DNA of 64,000 nucleotides, from positions 5,516 to 69,515 of the forward strand of contig CAYXPA010000001.1 of NCBI GenBank assembly GCA_964466945.1, in the 5' to 3' direction. A program made the position numbers and the translations under genes. Origin of the DNA: an uncultured Verrucomicrobiota bacterium. Lineage in GTDB: Bacteria; Verrucomicrobiota; Verrucomicrobiia; Limisphaerales; J093. Positions 1 through 8,868 of the stretch are shown here, piece after piece. The notes beneath the pieces were generated by a model. That model saw nothing but the letters and a program-made list of their open reading frames with translations, was not told where the DNA came from and ran no database searches. Each line of letters begins with the position of its first letter. Position 1 is the stretch's first letter.

Positions 1-153
1 GCCCAGTCGCGCCAGGGCCTCGGCGGTGGGCAGGGCCTGGAAGCTGTGCGCCGAGAGGTCCAGCGGCAGCAAAATCCGGCGCGGCGGAAACTGGGCCCGG
101 GCCGACCCGGGCGGGGGCGCGGCGGCGGGCGCGGGGTTCGGATTCGAGTTCAT
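1..153 (-). CDS. universal stress protein (UspA)-like, N-terminal part only (gene runs off left edge)
   Basis: Reverse-strand ATG at 153-151, open to position 1. It is absent from the ORF track because it has no stop in the window. Own translation: MNSNPNPAPAAAPPPGSARAQFPPRRILLPLDLSAHSFQALPTAEALARLG. The ILLPLDLS..S stretch resembles the first strand and loop of Usp domains. Confidence 0.3.
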   Translation of the reverse strand, partial: MNSNPNPAPAAAPPPGSARAQFPPRRILLPLDLSAHSFQALPTAEALARLG

Positions 154-309
154 GGCTGGCCAGGTGGTTTCCGCGGCAACCATACCGACGGCGCGCGGTT
201 TCTCAACCTCCATCGCCATCGAGGCGGTGGTCCGTTCCGGGCATGGCAACTGCTAAGCAAAACCCAGTCCGGGGACGCCGCCAAAACCAAGGTCGCCCCG
301 AAATCCGTG

Positions 310-642
310 ATGACGCCATCGCCTGCTTCGCCGCACTCCGCCGCGCCCGGCCGGGGCCTGCACCGTTACTCGGCCCGGCGCATGACCAAGCCCGTCACCT
401 TCATCGTGTTCGCTCCGGGGGCCCGCCAGGTCAGCCTGGTGGGCGACTTCAACGATTGGCAGCCGGATGCCCACCCCATGCAACGGCAGCCCGATGGGGC
501 CTGGATTCTCCAGGTGCCGCTGCACCACGGCCATCACCTGTACCGCTTTTGGGTGGACGGCCGCCCGGTGCTCGACCCCCGCGCCCAGGGCGTGGCCCGG
601 GATGCCCGCAACGAGCCGGCCTCCGTGCGGGCGGTCAGTTGA
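310..642 (+). CDS. small stand-alone CBM48/AMPK-beta-type glycogen-binding domain protein
   Basis: C-terminal part of ORF 46..642: KPVTFIVFAPGARQVSLVGDFNDWQPDAHPMQRQPDGAWILQVPLHHGHHLYRFWVDGRPVLDP is the typical CBM48 / isoamylase N-domain pattern. Start is ATG 310, with ATG 382 as an alternative. The ORF upstream of 310 is Arg/Gly junk overlapping the divergent gene. Confidence 0.6.
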   Translation: MTPSPASPHSAAPGRGLHRYSARRMTKPVTFIVFAPGARQVSLVGDFNDWQPDAHPMQRQPDGAWILQVPLHHGHHLYRFWVDGRPVLDPRAQGVARDARNEPASVRAVS

Positions 643-663
643 ATCGGCCGCCGCCGGCCGCGC

Positions 664-1779
664 TCAACCCGGCGCGGTTTCGCCGTTCTTGCCGGACCGG
701 TGCGCGCGGAAGAAGTCGAGCAACAGCCGCCGGCAATCCTCCAGCCGCACGCCGCCGGTGACCTGGCAGCGGTGGTTGGCGGCGGACCACTGGAGGAGAT
801 TGAGCGCGCCGCCGGCCGCGCCTGCCTTGGAGTCCGGCGCGCCGAAGACCACCCGCCCGACACGCGCCTGGACGATGGCCCCGGCACACATCGGGCAGGG
901 TTCCTTGGTCACGTAGAGCGTGCAGGCGTTCAAGCGCCAGTCCCCCAGCGCCGCCTGGGCCTGGGTCAGCGCCAGCATCTCGGCGTGGGCCGTGGCGTCT
1001 TTGAGCAGCTCGACCTGGTTGTGGGCGCGCGCGATCACCCGGCCGGCATGAGTAATGACCGCGCCGACCGGCACCTCGGCCGCGGCCGCTGCCCGTCGGG
1101 CTTCGCGCAACGCCTCGGCCATGAAGTGCGCGTCGCTGTGCAGATCAATCACCGGCTCCACGGCCGCAGCGTCTGCCGGCGCCGCCTCGGAAGGCCGGTG
1201 CTCGCTCGGCGTGGCGGCAGCAACGAGAGGCGTGATTTCCGGCGCGGCCGGCGGTCCCGGGAGTTGGTCCGTCGCGGCGGGCCGGCGCTTGCGGGTTTCC
1301 TCCACCCGCCACTTGCGGCGACCGTCGGCGTGCACGTGGCAGTGCGCGGCGAAGAAGCCGCCGCGGTGCCGCCAGAACAGCGGCCAGATCATCTCGCGGT
1401 CGGTGGGCGGCAGCGGCAGGTCCGCCAGCGCGGCGCGGGCGAAGAAGGCAAAACGCCCCTCGGGGCCTGGCGGGGGCAGGTGGTCGAGGCGGGGTTTGAC
1501 CTCGAAGAGGAACATCAACCAGTGGGCCTGGCCTTCGTAGCCGTGTTCGCTCACCAGGCCGGCGAGGTGCAGGTCGGCCGGCGTGAGTTCGAGGCCGATT
1601 TCCTCGCGGGCCTCGCGGCAGGCGCAGGCGTAGGGCGACTCGCCCGCGGCGGTGTGGAGCTTGCCGCCGCAAGGGCTCCAGAGGCCGCGGTTGGGCTCGC
1701 GCGCGCGCTCGAGCAGCAGGACCTCGCCGCGGCGGTTGAAGCAGTACAGCAGCGTGGCGATGTGGTAGGGCAGGCCCAT
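664..1779 (-). CDS. tadA: NUDIX hydrolase fused to tRNA-specific adenosine deaminase TadA
   Basis: N-terminal half has the NUDIX box GGKLHTAAGESPYACACREAREEIGLE. The C-terminal half has the CDA-fold motifs HAEMLAL and PCPMCAGAI with TadA-like context (VPVGAVI...NQVELLKDATAHAE). An Ala/Pro-rich linker lies between the two halves. Confidence 0.85.
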   Translation of the reverse strand: MGLPYHIATLLYCFNRRGEVLLLERAREPNRGLWSPCGGKLHTAAGESPYACACREAREEIGLELTPADLHLAGLVSEHGYEGQAHWLMFLFEVKPRLDHLPPPGPEGRFAFFARAALADLPLPPTDREMIWPLFWRHRGGFFAAHCHVHADGRRKWRVEETRKRRPAATDQLPGPPAAPEITPLVAAATPSEHRPSEAAPADAAAVEPVIDLHSDAHFMAEALREARRAAAAAEVPVGAVITHAGRVIARAHNQVELLKDATAHAEMLALTQAQAALGDWRLNACTLYVTKEPCPMCAGAIVQARVGRVVFGAPDSKAGAAGGALNLLQWSAANHRCQVTGGVRLEDCRRLLLDFFRAHRSGKNGETAPG

Positions 1780-1785
1780 GCGGGC

Positions 1786-2928
1786 TCAGAGGCCGGTCCG
1801 GGCCGCCTCGCGGGCCCAGGCGTCGGCCTCGAGGAGTTGTTCGAGGGTGGGATGCTCGATCACCGCGTGGCGGTCCATCACGCGGGCCACGGTTTCGGTG
1901 ATGGCCGGGAAGTTGAGGCGGCCCTGGCAGAAGGCCTCGACCGCCACCTCGTTGGCGGCGTTGAGCACGGCGGGCAGCGTGCCGCCCACCAGCCCGGCCC
2001 GCCGGGCCAGGCGCAGGGCGGGGAAACGGTCCTCGTCCGGCGCTTCGAAGGTCAGTTGGCCGATGCGGGCGAAATCGGTCTGCACGCGCTCACTGGGCAC
2101 GCGCTCGGGGTAGGTCAAGGCGCACTGGATGGGCAGGCACATGTCGGGGGTCGAGAGTTGGGCCAGGAGCGAGCCATCCACGAACTCGACCATCGAGTGC
2201 ACCACGCTCTGGGGGTGCACCAGCACGCCCACCCGCGGCATGTCCACGTCGAAGAGCCAGCGCGCCTCGATCATCTCCAGGCCCTTGTTGAAGAGCGTGG
2301 CCGAGTCAATGGTGATCTTGCGGCCCATGACCCAGGACGGATGCGCCAGGGCGCGCTCGACCGTGATGGCGGCAAACTCCGCCCTGGGCGTCTGGCGAAA
2401 CGGTCCGCCCGAAGCGGTCAACCACAGCCGGCGCACCGAGGCCGACGGCCGGCCGTCCAGGCACTGGAAAATGGCCGAGTGCTCGCTGTCCACCGGCAGC
2501 ACCCGCACGCCGTGGCGGCGCGCCTCGGCCATGACGATCTCCCCGGCCAGGACCAGGATTTCCTTCGAGGCCACGGCGATGTCCTTGCCGGCGCGGATGG
2601 CTGCCAACGCCGGAGCCAGGCCGGCCGTGCCCACGATGGCAATGAGCACGATGTCCGCCGCGGGCAGCGTGGCCAGACGCACGAGCCCTTCCGGGCCGGC
2701 AAACACCTCCGGGCGCGGGCCCACCGCGCGGGCCAGTGCGGCGGCGCACGCGGGGTCGCTCAGGCAAACCGCCTCGGGTTGGAAGCGCTGGATTTGCTCG
2801 AGCAACCGGCCGACGTTTCGGCCCGCGGCCAGCCCCACCAGCCGGAGGCGGTCGGGCAGGTCGCCCACCACCTTGAGGGTGCTGGTGCCGATCGAGCCGG
2901 TGCTGCCGAGCAGGACGACGTTTTTCAT
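1786..2928 (-). CDS. dxr: 1-deoxy-D-xylulose 5-phosphate reductoisomerase
   Basis: MKNVVLLGSTGSIGTSTLKVV start, LPVDSEHSAIFQC, and full-length 380 aa Dxr pattern. Classical cdsA-dxr synteny. Confidence 0.95.
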   Translation of the reverse strand: MKNVVLLGSTGSIGTSTLKVVGDLPDRLRLVGLAAGRNVGRLLEQIQRFQPEAVCLSDPACAAALARAVGPRPEVFAGPEGLVRLATLPAADIVLIAIVGTAGLAPALAAIRAGKDIAVASKEILVLAGEIVMAEARRHGVRVLPVDSEHSAIFQCLDGRPSASVRRLWLTASGGPFRQTPRAEFAAITVERALAHPSWVMGRKITIDSATLFNKGLEMIEARWLFDVDMPRVGVLVHPQSVVHSMVEFVDGSLLAQLSTPDMCLPIQCALTYPERVPSERVQTDFARIGQLTFEAPDEDRFPALRLARRAGLVGGTLPAVLNAANEVAVEAFCQGRLNFPAITETVARVMDRHAVIEHPTLEQLLEADAWAREAARTGL

Positions 2929-2980
2929 GCAGCCAAGTGCGGCGTGCGCCCGCGGACGACCGGTTCCCGGGCCGGGCGTT

Positions 2981-3904
2981 TCAGGCCGGCCGCGTCAGCA
3001 CGTGCCGCAAATATAGGTACATCAGCGGGGCGTTGAACAGAATGCTGTCCAGCAGGTCCAGGATGCCGCCGATGCCGGGGAAAAGCCGGCCCGAGTCCTT
3101 GACGCCCGCCTCGCGTTTGAACAGCGACTCGACCAGGTCGCCGATCACCGCGCCCACGGCCAGGATCAGGCCCAGTCCCACCGCGTGCCCGGGGTGCATT
3201 CCCGCCAGCCGGCCCCCGGCCAGGTGGGCCAGGAGCAGGCTTGCTCCCACCGCAAACCCCACCGCCCCGGCGAAGCCCTCCCAGGTCTTGCCCGGGCTGA
3301 TGTGCGGCACCATTTTGTGCCGCCCGATCAGCGAGCCCACCACGTACGCGCCGGTGTCGCTGAACTTGGTCACGACCAGGAAATAGACCAGGTACCAGCG
3401 GCCCTCGATGCCCGGGAAGAAGTTGATTTTTTGGATGAAGTTCAAGAGCCAGGGCACGTACATCAGGCCGAAGAGCGTCGTCGAAATGGCCAGCAGGCCG
3501 GCGGACTGGTGCCGGGCCACAAACCGCCACAAGCACAGGCCCAGCACGAACACCACCAGGATGCCGGTCTCGAAGTCGTTGGCCTTGGCCGGCAGGCGCG
3601 GCGCGCCGATCAAGCCCGAGAGGTACACAAACGTGCTCCCGATCAACAGCCAGCCGGCCAGCAGCCCCCAGCCGCGAAAACACTCCAGCCCCCGCTGCCG
3701 GACCAGGCCGTAAAACTCCCACAACCCCAGCCCGGCCAGCACCAGCAGGATGCCGGCAAAACAAATGCCCGCCATCACCGGGTGCGGCGCGAAAAGCGCC
3801 CCCGCCGTGACCGACCACAGCAAGAGCGAGCTGGCCAGGCGGCGGCGGAACACGACGGCCCGGCTCGGCGCGGCGGGCGGGGTGGGGGCGGTGTCGGCGG
3901 CCAT
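2981..3904 (-). CDS. cdsA: phosphatidate cytidylyltransferase
   Basis: Multi-TM protein with ISPGKTWEG and the C-terminal signature SLFKREAGVKDSGRLFPGIGGILDLLDS. Start is taken at the internal ATG (3904, MAADTAP...). The upstream part of ORF 2981..4078 is Pro/Arg-rich and non-membrane. Confidence 0.9.
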   Translation of the reverse strand: MAADTAPTPPAAPSRAVVFRRRLASSLLLWSVTAGALFAPHPVMAGICFAGILLVLAGLGLWEFYGLVRQRGLECFRGWGLLAGWLLIGSTFVYLSGLIGAPRLPAKANDFETGILVVFVLGLCLWRFVARHQSAGLLAISTTLFGLMYVPWLLNFIQKINFFPGIEGRWYLVYFLVVTKFSDTGAYVVGSLIGRHKMVPHISPGKTWEGFAGAVGFAVGASLLLAHLAGGRLAGMHPGHAVGLGLILAVGAVIGDLVESLFKREAGVKDSGRLFPGIGGILDLLDSILFNAPLMYLYLRHVLTRPA

Positions 3905-4135
3905 GTGGAGCGGGGATTTAGCCGGGCGGGCGGGGAAAGTCGAGCCGGGGCTGCGCCAGGGCGGGGCGTCGGGCGTGACAAGGCGCGGGCGGAACCCGCG
4001 TGGGGTGGGCGCCACTTGGTAGGGCGCCGGTGCCCCAGCGCCGCCCAGGGCTCGACTGGCGTGAAGTGGCCAAAGCACACGGCGAGGGCGGTCACGGGCT
4101 GCGTGCGTGTGTCCGGCGCGGCGGCGGGCGGGATT

Positions 4136-5161
4136 TTACGGCCGGGCGGAGATTTCGAGCATCCGCTCGATGGGGCGGCGGGCGCGTTCGAGGAGGTCCG
4201 GCGGCAACTCGATGCGAGGCTGGAGCCGCACCATGCAGTCGCGGAGTTTTTCGAGCGTGTTCAGCTTCATGTACCGGCACTCGCTGCACCGGCAGTTGTC
4301 CGCCGGCATCCGCATCACGTCATAGACCGGCGTGCAGATGAATTCCTTGCCCGGGCATTCCTTTTGCATCCGGTGGATGATGCCCGACTCGGTCACCACG
4401 ATGAAGCGCCGCACGGGGCTGCGTTTGCAGTAGGCCACCATTTGCTCGGTCGAGCAGACGGCGTCGGCCAGCTCGCGGACCTCGCGCAGGCTCTCCGGGT
4501 GCACCACCACCGGGGCGTCGGGGTAGCGCTGCCGCAGCCGCAAGATGGCGTCGCGGCGGAACTCGACGTGGGCATAGCAGTTGCCCCGCCACAGGGTCAT
4601 GGGCCGCCCGGTGCGTTCCATGACCCACTGGCCGAGGTTTTCGTCCGGCACGAAGAGCAGGTCGCGCTCCGCGGGGGCGGCGCGGACGATTTTCTCGGCG
4701 TTGCCGCTGGTGCAGATCACGTCGCTGAGCGCCTTCACCGCGGCCGAGCAGTTGATGTAGGCGATGGTGTAGAAGTTGGGGTTGGTGGCCTGGAGCGCGG
4801 CGAGCTGTTCGGCCGGGCAACTTTCCTCGAGCGAACAGCCGGCGTCCTTGTCCGGGAGCACGACCAGCTTGTCCGGGTTCAGAATCTTGGCCGTCTCGGC
4901 CATGAAGTGGACGCCGCAGAACACGATCACGTCGGCCCGGGTGCGGGCGGCCTGCTGGGCCAGGCCGAGCGAGTCGCCCACGTAATCAGCCACGTCCTGG
5001 ATTTCGGGCACCTGGTAGTTGTGGGCGAGGATGACCGCGTTGAGGCGGCGGCGCAGTTCGAGGATTTCGAGCGTCAGTTCTTCCCGGCGCGCCGCGGTAA
5101 GCGTGGGTCGCGCGGCGGTCAGGGCGGAGGCGCCGCCGGGCGCCCTGTCGAGCACATCCAT
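4136..5161 (-). CDS. nadA: quinolinate synthase
   Basis: ILAHNYQVPEIQDVADYVGDSLGLAQQAA, VFCGVHFMAETAKIL, and conserved Cys positions. Start is ATG 5161 (MDVLDR), with 5221 as an alternative. Confidence 0.9.
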   Translation of the reverse strand: MDVLDRAPGGASALTAARPTLTAARREELTLEILELRRRLNAVILAHNYQVPEIQDVADYVGDSLGLAQQAARTRADVIVFCGVHFMAETAKILNPDKLVVLPDKDAGCSLEESCPAEQLAALQATNPNFYTIAYINCSAAVKALSDVICTSGNAEKIVRAAPAERDLLFVPDENLGQWVMERTGRPMTLWRGNCYAHVEFRRDAILRLRQRYPDAPVVVHPESLREVRELADAVCSTEQMVAYCKRSPVRRFIVVTESGIIHRMQKECPGKEFICTPVYDVMRMPADNCRCSECRYMKLNTLEKLRDCMVRLQPRIELPPDLLERARRPIERMLEISARP

Positions 5162-5273
5162 CACGCGGAGAACGTAGGCAGCCGCGGCCCGGGACGCAAC
5201 TTTGGCGCGGCGCACGCGCACCGGCCCGAAGCGCCGGCGGGCCTTTCCATGGAAGCCGCCGTCGCGAAGCGGC

Positions 5274-7160
5274 TCAGGGGCGGCGCCCGCGGATGGCGGC
5301 CAGGAGCTCGGCGATGGCTTCGGCCTTGGGCCGGGCGCCGAGGTTGCCCCGGCCGTGCACGCGCACGCTCACCTGGCCGGCGGCCAGGTCGCGCGGGCCG
5401 ATGACGAACATCGTGTGGACCTTGGCGCGTTCGGCGTCCTGGATTTTGCCGTTGAGTTTGTTGGCCGAGAAATCGCCCGTGGCCCGGACGAAGTGCGCGC
5501 GCAGCTCGGCCACAAGCTGCCGGGCGTAATGCACCAGGGGTTCGTCGTCGCCGAGGGTGAGCACGCGCACCTGTTCGGGCGCCAGCCAGAGCGGGAAGTT
5601 GCCGGCGTAATGCTCGATCAAGAAGCCGATGAACCGCTCGTGCGTGCCCAGCGGGGCGCGGTGGATGCACAGCGGCGTTTTCTCGGTGTTGTCGCGGTCG
5701 CGATAGACCAGCCCGAAACGCGCCGGCACGGCGAAATCCACCTGGTTGGTCGCCAGGGTGAATTCGCGCCCGATGACGCTCCAGACCTGCACGTCAATCT
5801 TGGGGCCGTAGAACGCGGCCTCGTTGGGCACCTCGACGTAATTGATGCCCGAGTCCTGCAGGACGCGGCGCACCATGTCCTCGGTCTTTTTCCAGAGCTC
5901 GGGTTCGTTGACGTACTTCTTGCCCAGGCCCTCGGGGGCGTGGGTGCTGAAGCGCATGACGTACCGCTCAATGCCGAAGATTTTGAAGTACTTCAGGTAC
6001 ATCTGGTTCACCGCGTTGAACTCCTCGGCGAACTGCTCCTCGGTGCAATAGATGTGCGCGTCGTTCATGTTGAGCGAGCGCACGCGCATCAGGCCGAACA
6101 GTTCGCCGGACTGCTCGTAGCGGTAGCAGGTGCCGTATTCGGCCAGGCGCAGGGGCAGGTCGCGGTAGCTGCGCGGCTGGGCGGCGAAGATGCGGTGGTG
6201 GTGCGGGCAGTTCATCGCCTTGAGGTAGTAGCGGTCGGGTTCGGCGGCCGCGCCCGGGGCCCGCTCCGCCGCCGGCCGGTCTTCGCGCAGTTCCATCGGC
6301 GGGAACATGCTCTCGGCGTAGTAGGGCAGATGACCGCTGGTCCGGTACATTTTCTCGCGGGCCAGGTGCGGGGTTTTCACGCGGAGATAACCGGCCTGGA
6401 ATTCGGTTTCCTTGGCGAGCTTCTCGAGTTCCTCGCACAGCACGGCGCCCGCCGGCAGCCACAGCGGCAGGCCCGAGCCGACGTACTCGGGGTCAATCAC
6501 GTACAGCCCCAGCTCGGCCCCCAGCTTGCGGTGGTCGCGTTGCTTCGCCGCCTCGAGCATGGCGAAGTACGCTTCGAGCTCCTGCCTGGTTTTGAACGCG
6601 GTGCCGTAGATGCGCTGGAGCTGCGGGCCTTTTTCGTCGCCCTTGTAGTAGGCGGCGGCCACGCTGGTGAGCTTGAACGCGCCGATGTTGCCGGTGCGCG
6701 GCACGTGCGGCCCGGCGCACAGGTCAATGAAGTCGCCATTGCGGTAGTAGGAGATGGGTTCGCCTTCGGGGATTTGCCCGAGCAGGTCGAGCTTGAACTT
6801 GCTGGGTTGGCCGGGCCGTTCGCTCAGGGCGCCCAACCGGCCGCTTTGCGCGTCGCGGAGGGCCTGCTCGCGGGTGACCTCGATCCGCTCGAAGGGGTGA
6901 TTGGCCCGGATTTCCTTGCGCATCTCCTCCTCGATCTTCGGGAAATCCTCCGGCGTGATCCGGTGTGAGCATTCGAGGTCGTAGTAAAAGCCGTTCTCCA
7001 CCGGCGGCCCGTAGGCGAACTGGGCATCCGGCCACAGGCGCAGGATGGCCGTGGCCATCACGTGGGCGCAGGAGTGGCGCAGCCGCTCGAGTTCGGACAT
7101 CCGCGCCCGCTCGTCGAGGGTTTTGCGTTCCGTTTTGGGCGATGGTTCGGTCGCTGCCAT
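5274..7160 (-). CDS. thrS: threonine--tRNA ligase (short N-terminus, apparently without the TGS domain)
   Basis: Editing-domain motif RHSCAHVMATAILRLWP, class II motifs (RDHRKLG, FRYEQSGEL.GLMRVRSL, HRAPLGTHERFIGFLIEHY) and an anticodon-binding end. Start is the internal ATG at 7160 (MAATEPSPK). The upstream 160 codons of ORF 5274..7640 are Arg/Pro junk. Confidence 0.95.
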   Translation of the reverse strand: MAATEPSPKTERKTLDERARMSELERLRHSCAHVMATAILRLWPDAQFAYGPPVENGFYYDLECSHRITPEDFPKIEEEMRKEIRANHPFERIEVTREQALRDAQSGRLGALSERPGQPSKFKLDLLGQIPEGEPISYYRNGDFIDLCAGPHVPRTGNIGAFKLTSVAAAYYKGDEKGPQLQRIYGTAFKTRQELEAYFAMLEAAKQRDHRKLGAELGLYVIDPEYVGSGLPLWLPAGAVLCEELEKLAKETEFQAGYLRVKTPHLAREKMYRTSGHLPYYAESMFPPMELREDRPAAERAPGAAAEPDRYYLKAMNCPHHHRIFAAQPRSYRDLPLRLAEYGTCYRYEQSGELFGLMRVRSLNMNDAHIYCTEEQFAEEFNAVNQMYLKYFKIFGIERYVMRFSTHAPEGLGKKYVNEPELWKKTEDMVRRVLQDSGINYVEVPNEAAFYGPKIDVQVWSVIGREFTLATNQVDFAVPARFGLVYRDRDNTEKTPLCIHRAPLGTHERFIGFLIEHYAGNFPLWLAPEQVRVLTLGDDEPLVHYARQLVAELRAHFVRATGDFSANKLNGKIQDAERAKVHTMFVIGPRDLAAGQVSVRVHGRGNLGARPKAEAIAELLAAIRGRRP

Positions 7161-7242
7161 AAAAAGATGCGGGGGGCGGTCCCCGGCAGCCGGGTCGGCG
7201 GGCGTTGGCCGGACGGCCCGGACGGGAGGCGGCCGCGGCGGC

Positions 7243-7286
7243 AAATAAAAACGCCCCGGACCGCGACAGTCAGAGGCGTGGGCGTC
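7243..7286 (-). terminator. possible intrinsic terminator after the 7415..8785 oxidoreductase gene
   Basis: Minus-strand RNA reads GACGCCC...(23-nt loop)...GGGGCGUUUUUAUUUGC. That is a 6-7 bp GC stem followed by a U-tract that is rare in this GC-rich DNA. The large loop makes this a weak call. Confidence 0.3.
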
Positions 7287-7414
7287 ACCAGCGGCCGGCC
7301 GGGACGCTACCGCGTCGTAGTGGTGTTGTACCCCGCGTTTTCCACGCCCGCAGGCTAGGGCGGAGCCGCTCACTTGGCAACGGGTTTCCGCGCGCCGCGC
7401 GCCGGGCCGGTGGC

Positions 7415-8785
7415 TCAGCCGCGCAGGTATTCCTTGGGGAACTTCCACGGCGCGCGATACCGCGGCACGGCCAGTTCGGAGGCTTCCCGGTCGCCCACGA
7501 TCCATTCGCGCGTCGGGTCGAAGCGGATCGAGCGGCCCAGCTTCAGGGCGAGCAGGCTCAGCACGATCGGCACGTCCACCCGCACGTGGTAAAAGACGCT
7601 GCAACCGGGTTGCTGCCGGGTCTTGATGCAGTCCAGCCACTCGCGCTCGTGCCCGGGCGAGGGCGGGATCGAGGGCGGCGGCGCCTCCTTGCCGTCGAGC
7701 CGGTTACCCTCGGCCAGCACCCGGAACATGCCGTAGTTGGCGTACAGGGTGCCGTTTTCGCCCTGGAAGTAGATGCCCAGGCGGCGCTCGGGCGACTGGG
7801 CCTTCATTTGGAAGTCGTAGCTGTTGGTGAGGGTGGACATCCAGGTCAGCGTGCAGCCGGGGTATTGCCAGAGCACCTCGTGGTGATCGTAGGCGTCGCC
7901 GTCGTCGCGCAGGATGTACCGTCCCCCGACGGCGCAGGTCAGGGTGGGATAGCCCAGGTCCAGGGCCCAGACCGGCAGGTCAATGATGTGCGGCGCCATG
8001 CCGGGGGTCCAACCGCCCGAGTAGGCCAGCCAGGAGCAGTGGTGGTAGGAGTCGGCGGCCAGGAGGGGATTGAAGTCGCACCGCGGCGCCGGTCCGCACC
8101 ACAGGTCCCAGTCCAACCCCTCCGGCACGGGCGTGGGCCGGGCGCGTCCGATGCCCTCGGGCGACTGGTTCATCACGTTGAAGGTGCGGACCACGCCGAG
8201 GCGGCCCAGCAGCCCGGCGCGGAGGTACTCGACGACGCGCCGGTAGTTCTCGCCGGCGTGAATCTGGGTGCCGATCTGGCTGATGACGCCGTGGCGCTGG
8301 ACCGCGTTGCGCACGGCCAGGCTTTCGCCCAGGTGCAGGGTCATCGGCTTTTGCAGGTAGATGTCCTTGCCCGCCTCGCAGGCAGCGATGGCCTGGAGGG
8401 CGTGCCAGTGCGGCGGCGTGGCGATGATGACCGCGTCCACGTCCGGCCGGGCCAGCAGCTCGCGGAAGTCGTGGTAGGGTCGGCAGGTGTCCTTGAATTG
8501 CGCCACGACACTGTCCCGGCGCTGCGCCCAGACGTCGCAGGCGGCGGTCACCACCACGTCCGGGTACTGGGCGCAGTTGTTCAGGTTGGCGCGGCCCATG
8601 CCGCCGCAGCCGATGAGTCCGAGGTGGATTTTGCTGTTCGGCCCCGGGGGCAGGCGCGGCACGGAGCGGGGCGCCGGTCGGGCGGCGGCGGCCGTGGCAG
8701 CCAGGGCGGTCGCGGCGGTGGTGCGTTGCAGGAAATCCCGGCGCGTGAGCCGGGTCCGGGGCAGGGAAGGGGACCTCGGGTTCAT
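7415..8785 (-). CDS. Gfo/Idh/MocA-family oxidoreductase with twin-arginine signal
   Basis: N-terminus has TRLTRRDFLQRTTAATALAATAAAA (TAT motif), followed by the Rossmann motif IHLGLIGCGGMG and the GKDIYLQKP motif typical of the family. Confidence 0.85.
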   Translation of the reverse strand: MNPRSPSLPRTRLTRRDFLQRTTAATALAATAAAARPAPRSVPRLPPGPNSKIHLGLIGCGGMGRANLNNCAQYPDVVVTAACDVWAQRRDSVVAQFKDTCRPYHDFRELLARPDVDAVIIATPPHWHALQAIAACEAGKDIYLQKPMTLHLGESLAVRNAVQRHGVISQIGTQIHAGENYRRVVEYLRAGLLGRLGVVRTFNVMNQSPEGIGRARPTPVPEGLDWDLWCGPAPRCDFNPLLAADSYHHCSWLAYSGGWTPGMAPHIIDLPVWALDLGYPTLTCAVGGRYILRDDGDAYDHHEVLWQYPGCTLTWMSTLTNSYDFQMKAQSPERRLGIYFQGENGTLYANYGMFRVLAEGNRLDGKEAPPPSIPPSPGHEREWLDCIKTRQQPGCSVFYHVRVDVPIVLSLLALKLGRSIRFDPTREWIVGDREASELAVPRYRAPWKFPKEYLRG

Positions 8786-8868
8786 GCGGCGAGTTGAACC
8801 CGGTCCGCCCGGGCGGGCAAGCCCGCTCGCAAGGAGGCACCGCGGGGGGCGCGTCGGGCCGACCCGGC

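Noticed and set aside
700-3036. 778-aa plus-strand ORF spanning the tadA, dxr and cdsA region
   Set aside because: It is antisense to three well-supported minus-strand genes. The translation is Arg/Gly/Ala/His-rich with no motifs, which is typical of a high-GC shadow ORF. The same applies to 3185..5404, 5202..6968, 7205..8797, 11850..13352, 13324..14805, 16323..17621, 18194..20296, 36289..37707 and 45614..47104.
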